Source: a candidate division WOR-3 bacterium (GTDB lineage Bacteria > Hydrothermota > Tepidihabitantia > Tepidihabitantales > CAIPLT01). Taken from it: DNA of 16,376 nt. Shown here one piece after another: positions 8,421-15,588 of the stretch. The stretch's first letter is position 1, and each line of letters starts with the position of its first letter. The notes under the pieces are model-generated. The model did not search any database. It was not told where the DNA came from and saw nothing but the letters and a program-made list of their open reading frames with translations. The stretch covers positions 1 to 16,376 of the forward strand of contig CBFGJZ010000033.1 in assembly GCA_965649215.1 (NCBI GenBank), written 5' to 3'. Position numbers and translations under genes: made by a program.

Positions 8421-11261
8421 ATGAATCATAATAACAAAGTAAACATAAAGCAATTAATCTTAATCATAACTATCATCTTTGGGCTGTTTGCTATTAGTTC
8501 ACTAGAAGCAATGTCAAAGACTAAACCTCCACGTACCGGTCGTATTCGGGATAAGAAATATCTTGATATTAACCGATGGCGTTGTCCATTTTACAATGAA
8601 GGTCGTTATGCTTATGACGAAGCAACCGGTGAAGGTGGTGGTTTTTGGCCTTATCCCTTACGCAACCAGTATATCTTTGGCGCTGGTCCGTGGGTTGGCG
8701 CAATCACTCATAATAACGATACTTTAGTTACTTGTGGTTACAATCCCAATACTGCTCAAGGTGAATTCTTCCCAGCCCCATATGGTGAAGGAAGTACGGG
8801 AAATGCGATGGATCGCATTTATAAAGCACCTTATGATTGGCCACCACCTCAATCCCGTTTTGGTTATGATACAACTTTAGTACCACAAAAGATATTCTCT
8901 TTGCAAGATATGTGGTGTGTTTATTCTGATTCGCATCCTGATTATCATGTTGCACCGGGCAAACCGATTGGTATCGAAGTCTATCAAACTATTTACGCTT
9001 GGAACTATCCGACTAATCAAGATATTTTCTTCATCACTTATAAAGTTAGAAATGCAACTGCTGATACTATTAAGAATATGATACTTGGTGCTTGTATGGA
9101 CCCGGATATTGGTGAATCTGGTTACCATGTACTTGAAGAAGGTGATATGGTCGGCTTAATCAAAGAAGCCTTTATTGGTGGTGATACGGTGCGAGATGTT
9201 GGTTATGTTGGTGACTATAACAATATTGAATCTTCATATTGGCAATCGGGTACACCAGGTGTTGTTGCCTATAAGTTCTTAGAAGGTGCTCGGGATGAAC
9301 AGACCGGTGCTCCGTTAGGGATGACCTCATTTAAGAAGTTTACGATTGATATTGACCCGCCCACTGATGTTGCTCAATATTTAACAATGGCCGGTTATGA
9401 TTATCGTACTGGTATTTATAATCCCTATGACTCCATTGATGAACAACCGATGGATAAAAGATTTATCACCTGTACTGGTCCTTTTAATCTTCCGCCTGGC
9501 AGTGTCGCTACGATTTTAGTTGCTTGTCTTGCGGCTCCTTATGGTGGTCCTGGTCAACTTTGGCATCTGCGTGACACCAATGACTTAAAACCATTAGTAA
9601 AATTAGCTGTCACTGCTCAATATATTTATGACCAAGGTTGGCTCTTACCCGGACCGCCAGCAGCTTCAAATGCAGTGCTTTACCCAATGGATAAAGCAAT
9701 TCGCATCGTTTGGGACGATTTAGCAGAACGAACACCTGACCCTTATTATGAAGTAACTTCCAATCCAGCCAGTCCTGGTTATGATCCTTATTATAAACAA
9801 TACGACTTTGAAGGATATAAAATCTATAAATCTTCTGATGGAATTAACTGGACATTACTAACCCAATGTGACCTTAATAATGGCATTCGTTTCAAACTTC
9901 GCAACGATACGATGTTTTATAATGATACAATTCAAGAGACAGGTGTTACAACACGAGCGACTGATCGCGGTCTTTTCTACAGTTATCTTGATAAAGATGT
10001 TATTAACGGCTTTCCTTATTATTATAAAGTTGCCAGTTATGACTTTAATTTTACTAAAACCAGTGACACGACCCGTGATACTTTAATTTTTGAATCTAAT
10101 CCTCAACCAGTTTCCGCCCGGCCTCGTTGGGAAGCACCAAACTATTCAAATCCCTGGGTGAAAATTGACCGCATTATCGGTAATGACATCTCACCGGGAT
10201 TAAAATGTAGCACTTCCATAGTATTACCATACTTAATACCTCAAGATACTTTGACTATTAAATTTGCCGGTCCTGTTTATACTGGTGTTTCTAATCGTGC
10301 TTTATATCGCTACATTGTAGTTGATAAGAATAACAATCTTATCCAAGACACAGTTCGTTTTTATTACACTTTAGGTGCAGCTCGTAATCAGAATTTACCA
10401 CCGTTGAAAGGTACTGAATTGATTGCTAAAATGTCAATCACTTTACCGAGCCGAACTTATGACTCAATCTATCCGATAAGTGGTTCGTATCCCGCTGATC
10501 GTCTTGGTCCAAGAGTAATTTCTGTGCCTTTTGGTCAATGGGCATATCGTGGTTCGGATTATAAAATCGTTTGGCAAATCTGTGGCAATGTCAAAACCTG
10601 CCGTGTTTACGATGTGACGAACGGTGAAGTCGAAGTACCAAAAACACGCTTTCAAACCACTCCACCTTGGTATGATTCATTAGCCAACGGTTGGTGTTTT
10701 GTTGACCGAGTCTTCCGTAATCCCACAGATACTTTAAAGACTGGCTCTGCATATATCTACATAAATTTTGGGTATCTTGCTTTGAATCGTATTAGCGCTA
10801 CTCAATTTGACACGATTGGCGCTTTATACAATCAGATTAATGATGGCGATATTTGGTATGTCAAAGCTACTGAAGGTTCAATCTCAGCTCCATATTATAA
10901 CCAATTCATCTATTATGGCACGCCTGCCATTGCTCGTTCTGACACTACCTATAAACTAAATGTTAAAGTGGTACCTAATCCTTATCTCATTACAAACCGC
11001 TGGGAAATTAGCAAATTTGAACGCCGAATCGCTTTCACCAATCTACCTGCTAAATGCAAAATCCGTATCTACACTGTTGCTGGAAACTTAGTAAAGATTA
11101 TTGAACACAAAGATACGGACACAAATCCGATGGATAAAGGTGGCACTGAATATTGGGACTTACTTAATGAACATGACCAATTAGTTGCCTCTGGCGTTTA
11201 CATCTTCCATATCGAATCTGATATTGGCGAACAAGTTGGAAAATTTGCAGTTATCTTATAA
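8421..11261 (+). CDS. Large secreted protein with an Fn3-like domain and a T9SS-type C-terminal sorting-like domain (function unknown)
   Basis: 946 aa; SD AGGAGG overlaps the upstream TAG; signal peptide present. Fn3-like segment GPPAASNAVLYPMDKAIRIVWDD...DFEGYKIYKS...NGFPYYYKVASYD (about 9651-10125). C-terminal VKVVPNPY...FTNLPAKCKIRIYTVAGNLVKII...WDLLNEHDQLVASGVYIFHIESDIGEQVGKFAVIL (10962-11261) carries the PNP, GxY and KxxVx hallmarks of T9SS CTDs. Confidence 0.85.
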   Translation: MNHNNKVNIKQLILIITIIFGLFAISSLEAMSKTKPPRTGRIRDKKYLDINRWRCPFYNEGRYAYDEATGEGGGFWPYPLRNQYIFGAGPWVGAITHNNDTLVTCGYNPNTAQGEFFPAPYGEGSTGNAMDRIYKAPYDWPPPQSRFGYDTTLVPQKIFSLQDMWCVYSDSHPDYHVAPGKPIGIEVYQTIYAWNYPTNQDIFFITYKVRNATADTIKNMILGACMDPDIGESGYHVLEEGDMVGLIKEAFIGGDTVRDVGYVGDYNNIESSYWQSGTPGVVAYKFLEGARDEQTGAPLGMTSFKKFTIDIDPPTDVAQYLTMAGYDYRTGIYNPYDSIDEQPMDKRFITCTGPFNLPPGSVATILVACLAAPYGGPGQLWHLRDTNDLKPLVKLAVTAQYIYDQGWLLPGPPAASNAVLYPMDKAIRIVWDDLAERTPDPYYEVTSNPASPGYDPYYKQYDFEGYKIYKSSDGINWTLLTQCDLNNGIRFKLRNDTMFYNDTIQETGVTTRATDRGLFYSYLDKDVINGFPYYYKVASYDFNFTKTSDTTRDTLIFESNPQPVSARPRWEAPNYSNPWVKIDRIIGNDISPGLKCSTSIVLPYLIPQDTLTIKFAGPVYTGVSNRALYRYIVVDKNNNLIQDTVRFYYTLGAARNQNLPPLKGTELIAKMSITLPSRTYDSIYPISGSYPADRLGPRVISVPFGQWAYRGSDYKIVWQICGNVKTCRVYDVTNGEVEVPKTRFQTTPPWYDSLANGWCFVDRVFRNPTDTLKTGSAYIYINFGYLALNRISATQFDTIGALYNQINDGDIWYVKATEGSISAPYYNQFIYYGTPAIARSDTTYKLNVKVVPNPYLITNRWEISKFERRIAFTNLPAKCKIRIYTVAGNLVKIIEHKDTDTNPMDKGGTEYWDLLNEHDQLVASGVYIFHIESDIGEQVGKFAVIL

Positions 11262-11271
11262 GGAGATAAAT

Positions 11272-12312
11272 ATGGCTAAGAAAATTAAATATATCTTATT
11301 AATTTTACCCTTAATTGCTTTAACTATGCACGGTGATATTAAGTTTTCTAAAGTTGGTACTACCTCGGCACAATTCTTAAAAATTGGCGTTGGTCGTGCC
11401 ACCGGCATGGGTGAAGCGTTTGGTGCGATTGCCAATGATGCATCAGCAACTTATTTCAATCCTGCGGGACTTGCTCAATTGACCAAGAAAGAAGCATTTA
11501 TCAGTCATATTGACTGGATTTCTGACCTAAATCATGATTATGTATCTTTAGCATTGCCATTGAGTCAAATTGGTGTTTTAGGATTTTCGGTTTCTGCACT
11601 CACTATGGGTAAAATTCATCGCCTGACAATTGATGACCCTGGCACTTTAATTCGGGAAGATGACTCCACAGGTCTTTATTACAATGCTATGGATATGGCG
11701 TTTACTATCTCTTATGCTCGTCAGATTACCGACAAATTGGCTTTCGGATTTTCAGGTAAAGCAATCACTTCAACAATTTGGAATCTCTCAGCCAGTGGGG
11801 CTGCACTTGATTTAGGTTTACTCTATCATACTGGTTTTAAGAGCTTACGGATTGGCGCGGCGGTTACCAATTTTGGTTCTTCTATGGCTTACACTGGTTT
11901 AGCAGTTGAATTTCAAGACACATCATATCAGATTAAACCTCGTGCCCGTTATGTCACAACCGCTAATCCTCTCCCGACAACATTCCGCTTTGGTATTGCT
12001 TATGACCTAATTGATATGCCTGATAACACTTTAACATTTGCTTTAGATGTCTTACATCCAAATGACATTAATGAAACTGTGAACTTTGGCTTTGAATATA
12101 TCTTTCGTAAGATCTTCTTTTTACGCAGCGGTTATATCCTAAATACCGACTTAAAATACTCAGAAGCGATGAAATATCAAACTGGTTTATCTGCGGGTGC
12201 TGGTTTTATGACTGACTTAACACCGGGTGTTACTTTGCGAATTGACTATTGTTATCGTGATATGGGCTTTTTAAAAGCATCGCATCGTTTAGGCGCAATT
12301 GTCGGCTTCTAA
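11272..12312 (+). CDS. PorV/PorQ-family (FadL-like) outer-membrane beta-barrel, 346 aa
   Basis: Start moved from 11185 to ATG 11272 (SD AAGGAG overlaps the upstream TAA). Hallmark KVGTTSAQFLKIGVGRATGMGEAFGAIANDASATYFNPAGLA, plus DLGLLY, LPTTFRFGIAY, LRSGY, IDYCY and a terminal Phe (HRLGAIVGF). Confidence 0.92.
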   Translation: MAKKIKYILLILPLIALTMHGDIKFSKVGTTSAQFLKIGVGRATGMGEAFGAIANDASATYFNPAGLAQLTKKEAFISHIDWISDLNHDYVSLALPLSQIGVLGFSVSALTMGKIHRLTIDDPGTLIREDDSTGLYYNAMDMAFTISYARQITDKLAFGFSGKAITSTIWNLSASGAALDLGLLYHTGFKSLRIGAAVTNFGSSMAYTGLAVEFQDTSYQIKPRARYVTTANPLPTTFRFGIAYDLIDMPDNTLTFALDVLHPNDINETVNFGFEYIFRKIFFLRSGYILNTDLKYSEAMKYQTGLSAGAGFMTDLTPGVTLRIDYCYRDMGFLKASHRLGAIVGF

Positions 12313-12331
12313 TAAGTTATAAAAATCAAAC

Positions 12332-12372
12332 GGGGCATAGTTTAGAAACTTAAGCTATGCCCCTTATCTTTT
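12332..12372 (+). terminator. Intrinsic terminator closing the TBDR-PorV operon
   Basis: 13-bp stem GGGGCATAGTTTA / TAAGCTATGCCCC (one G-U pair), 6-nt loop, followed by TTATCTTTT; 19 nt after the PorV stop. Confidence 0.8.
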
Positions 12373-12373
12373 A

Positions 12374-14542
12374 ATGTGTAAGCACAATCTCGTCAGATTC
12401 AGCATCTTTGCACTCTTAACCTTACCAAGTTTGTTGTTCGCTTTAAATTGGACGGTAATGGTTTATATGTGTGCTGACAACTCGCTGCAAGACCAAAGTT
12501 ATATCGATTTGCAAGAGATGATGCAAGCAAATTCATCAGATCAAGTCAAAATTATTGTTCAAGTTGACAATCTTGCCTCTTCGCTTACTCCCAACTGTCA
12601 ACGCTATCTCATCTCGCATCAGAATCAAGAACTGATTGCGGATCTTGGCGAAGTTGATATGGCTGATCCCCACACTTTAATTGATTTTGTCCGCTTCAGT
12701 AAAAATCGATTTCCTGCGCAAAACTATCTCTTAATTCTTTGGGATCATGGCAATGGTTGGCCAATTGGCACATATCAGACTTATCAAAACAAAGCCATTA
12801 TCTATGACCAGTCATCCCAGAACTGGTTAGGTGTGGCTGATGGTGAATTAAAATATGCGGTCAGTGAGATAAAGAAAATCTTGGGTAAAAAGATTTCTCT
12901 GCTTCTCTTTGATGCCTGTTTAATGGCGATGGCTGAAGTTGCGGATGAACTTACTGAAGGAGTTGAGTATATGCTTGGTGCTCAAGACCAAAATCCGATT
13001 GATGGTCTGTGTTATGACCAAGTTTTATCCTATCTTGCTCACAATCCTAATGTTCAACCCCGTACTTTAAGTGAACAAATTATTAACCTCTGGACTGCTT
13101 CCTATAATCATGGTACGCAGGGTTTTCAACCGGTCGCATTTTCGGCATTAAACTTAAATCAATTTCAAAAAGCCCGTGAAAACTTTAATTCGGTTCTTAA
13201 TATCTTATCTCAAAATATCTCTCTGCTTCAATCAGCACGACTGCAAGTACAGACATTTAGCATTGAACATTTACCACCCAATCAACAAGATGACTATATT
13301 GACCTGCTTCACTTCTTAAGTTTAATCAATCAGCAGTTATCCAATCCTACGCTTACGAAAAATATTAAACAATTTTCTGATGCGGTGATTCGTTGTCAAT
13401 CAGTTGGCGATTACTTACGCAATGCATCGGGCATCTCAATCTGGTTTGCGGATAACTATCTTGCATTTAAATACAATATCAATGAATATCGTAATTTAAC
13501 TTGGGCAAAAAACACTGATTGGCTTCGGTTACTCAACAACTATTTTAACCTTGATGACATAAGGCCAACTCCAACTATAATTTCTCTATCGCCTGTTGGC
13601 AAGCATAATGATTTTTATTTGAGTTATCCTCGAAGTTTTGATTTGGCAGATGTTAACTATAACATCTATGAAACCCAAGCAATAACCCAAATCTTTTTTG
13701 ATTCGTGTCATAACTTTAACAATTGGCAGAGCAATGGCTTTGTTTTAGATAGCAGTAATTATCATTCTCCAGCGTACTCATTCTATTCTAATCAGGGTAA
13801 TAATCTTACACACACGCTTTGCTTGTTAAACCCAATTGCGCTTCCGGCTGGTGGTCTCCTCTCATTTCACTCTTATTATGAAACCGAAGAAAGTTATACT
13901 CCTTCTGCCACAATCAAGCGCGATATTTGCTATCTTGAGCAATCGTCCAATAATATTGACTGGTATGTCATTGATTCGTTTTATGGTCAAAGCAAAACAT
14001 GGCAAGAACATCGTTATCTCTTAACACCGCAAGATAATTTATATTTACGTTTTCGCTATCAGACCGATGCCACACTCAGCCGACTCGGGGTCTATTTAGA
14101 CGATATCACAATTTTGGCATTCACTAACACTCGTTTACTGGCTAGTCATTATCCCGACACTTGTTTTTATATTTATAACCTTGCATATGGCAGTTATCAT
14201 TATTTTATAATACCCCAAGATGCTTTTGGAAATGTCGGTTTTTGTAGTCCGTTTCAATCTCTGACGATTAACAATTACTGCGAACCCCATACTCGGCCAT
14301 CACCATTTTATACTGATTGTTATATCTATTGTGACTATCCTGACCCTCATCCTTTAAACTTATCAATTTATACGCTCAATGGTGAGTTAATTCGCAGTTT
14401 TGATGCTTCGGCATTTACCGATAAGAAAGTTTACTGGGATGGTTGTAATCTTAAAGGACAATCTGTTGCAAGTGGTCTTTATCTATTGGTCTTAAAAACA
14501 CCAAGTTTAACACGCATTGGTAAGATCGCCAAAGTAAGATAA
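12374..14542 (+). CDS. Secreted clostripain-family (peptidase C11) cysteine protease with split Fn3, jelly-roll module and C-terminal FlgD/T9SS-like domain
   Basis: 722 aa with signal peptide. WTVMVYMCADNSL, VKIIVQVD, GEVDMADPHTLIDFV, FPAQNYLLILWDHGNGW (His codon 12746-12748), LLFDACLMAMAEV (Cys codon 12917-12919). C-terminal PSPF...IYTLNGELIR...WDGCNLKGQSVASGLYLLVLK...KIAKVR. Confidence 0.93.
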   Translation: MCKHNLVRFSIFALLTLPSLLFALNWTVMVYMCADNSLQDQSYIDLQEMMQANSSDQVKIIVQVDNLASSLTPNCQRYLISHQNQELIADLGEVDMADPHTLIDFVRFSKNRFPAQNYLLILWDHGNGWPIGTYQTYQNKAIIYDQSSQNWLGVADGELKYAVSEIKKILGKKISLLLFDACLMAMAEVADELTEGVEYMLGAQDQNPIDGLCYDQVLSYLAHNPNVQPRTLSEQIINLWTASYNHGTQGFQPVAFSALNLNQFQKARENFNSVLNILSQNISLLQSARLQVQTFSIEHLPPNQQDDYIDLLHFLSLINQQLSNPTLTKNIKQFSDAVIRCQSVGDYLRNASGISIWFADNYLAFKYNINEYRNLTWAKNTDWLRLLNNYFNLDDIRPTPTIISLSPVGKHNDFYLSYPRSFDLADVNYNIYETQAITQIFFDSCHNFNNWQSNGFVLDSSNYHSPAYSFYSNQGNNLTHTLCLLNPIALPAGGLLSFHSYYETEESYTPSATIKRDICYLEQSSNNIDWYVIDSFYGQSKTWQEHRYLLTPQDNLYLRFRYQTDATLSRLGVYLDDITILAFTNTRLLASHYPDTCFYIYNLAYGSYHYFIIPQDAFGNVGFCSPFQSLTINNYCEPHTRPSPFYTDCYIYCDYPDPHPLNLSIYTLNGELIRSFDASAFTDKKVYWDGCNLKGQSVASGLYLLVLKTPSLTRIGKIAKVR

Positions 14543-14554
14543 AAATTTATATTA

Positions 14555-14750
14555 ACTGTCTGTAAGATTGCTTCGGTCGCTTTGCTCCTTCGCAAAGACG
14601 AAAGGTTAATTGTCATTGCGCTGTTGCCGAAAGGCAACCCTGGCAATCTTGCCGACGGTAAGAAAAGATAGCGCAAAGATGATTATGGTTTTTTACTGTC
14701 TGTAAGATTGCTGAGAAATTGCTTTGTAATCTGCTCGAAATAACAGTAAA
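14555..14750. repeat. Palindromic REP-like structured element, one full and one degenerate copy, between convergent genes
   Basis: Exact 18-bp direct repeat ACTGTCTGTAAGATTGCT at 14555-14572 and 14695-14712. The first copy pairs with GCAATCTTGCCGACGGT (14643-14659) and encloses the stems CGCAAAGAC/GTCATTGCG and GTTGCC-GAAA-GGCAAC. The second copy pairs with GTAATCT and ACAGTAAA (to 14750). Confidence 0.7.
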
Positions 14751-14775
14751 GAGAATTTAGAAAACAGATAACAAA

Positions 14776-15420
14776 TCATTTACTATACTTATCTAACCAT
14801 TTAACTGCTTTAAATAAATCCTTAGCAGTGCCGATTGAGTGTTCACCGGCAGTAATTATCAGGGTATCTTTAATACCATGCTTATAGAACTGTTCGTGTA
14901 AAGAATAATTATGGGATAAGTTCCAATCTTTATTGCGGGTTACTAAATAGACTAATTTGCCTTTTAATGTCTGCCATTTGGCTAATGAGAGCGCGCCGCT
15001 ATGCGCGCATTCGCTAATGAGACCCCGAAAAAGGGTTGGTCTGAGAAACATACTCATCATTGCCTGCACACCTTGACCCGAAAACCCATAAATAAATACC
15101 CGAGTTGAATCAATCGGATAGGATTTGATTGCTTTATGATAGGTCTTAATAATATCTTGATGATTAAGCATTACATCGCGATGGTTCCGACTCTTTTGAC
15201 ACGAAAAAATAATCCAGTTCAGACTATCGGCAATAAAAGTAATTGAATCTAAATCAGCTTTTTTCGCACCCGTGCAACTCAAATACATTAAAGCTGGCAC
15301 TCGCTTACCCATTTCTAAAACTTTTTGGGGAATATAAAAACAATCCGAATCATTATCACATATCACATTTTTACCAAACAGGAAACTTACGCAGACTACC
15401 GACAACAATATAATTCTCAT
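14776..15420 (-). CDS. Secreted alpha/beta-hydrolase (esterase-like)
   Basis: 214 aa with signal peptide. YPIDSTRVFIYGFSGQG nucleophile elbow, RPTLFRGLI strand, candidate Asp in TRNKDWN and candidate His in TAGEHSIG. Confidence 0.8.
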   Translation of the reverse strand: MRIILLSVVCVSFLFGKNVICDNDSDCFYIPQKVLEMGKRVPALMYLSCTGAKKADLDSITFIADSLNWIIFSCQKSRNHRDVMLNHQDIIKTYHKAIKSYPIDSTRVFIYGFSGQGVQAMMSMFLRPTLFRGLISECAHSGALSLAKWQTLKGKLVYLVTRNKDWNLSHNYSLHEQFYKHGIKDTLIITAGEHSIGTAKDLFKAVKWLDKYSK

Positions 15421-15428
15421 TCTTAACT

Positions 15429-15457
15429 ATTTTATTATCAAACCAGTGATAAATCAA
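15429..15457 (-). promoter_or_regulatory. Sigma70-type promoter immediately upstream of the hydrolase ATG (leaderless-type arrangement)
   Basis: Minus strand TTGATT (15457-15452), 17 bp spacer, TAAAAT (15434-15429), then 8 nt to ATG; no SD. Confidence 0.5.
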
Positions 15458-15516
15458 TAACTAATAACTTAAACTTATTTACTCTAAAAATATTTACAAT
15501 ATTGAATAAATTTTTC

Positions 15517-15545
15517 TTGACATTTATAAAAATTTAATTAAAAAT
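15517..15545 (+). promoter_or_regulatory. Possible promoter for the WG-repeat gene
   Basis: Perfect TTGACA at 15517-15522; the -10 is only approximate (TAAAAAT at 15539-15545) in very AT-rich DNA. Confidence 0.4.
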
Positions 15546-15588
15546 TAGAAAAAAATATTTAATCATCCATATAAAATTTGGAGGAAGT

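Noticed and set aside
11185-11271. ORF-track start of the PorV-family gene at 11185
   Set aside because: It overlaps the upstream CDS; ATG 11272 has an SD and gives a normal signal peptide.
3540-14676. Other small ORFs (3540-3752, 4519-4773, 6192-6395, 6232-6435, 6934-7131, 8728-8955, 8877-9128, 9868-10086, 10464-10655, 13836-14024, 14479-14676)
   Set aside because: All overlap well-supported genes in another frame or strand, or cross the palindromic element, and have no independent coding evidence.
14581-14680. c-di-GMP-I riboswitch or self-cleaving ribozyme (GAAA loop, CGCAAAG motifs)
   Set aside because: Motif order does not fit, no hammerhead core is seen, and the site is between two 3' ends rather than in a leader.
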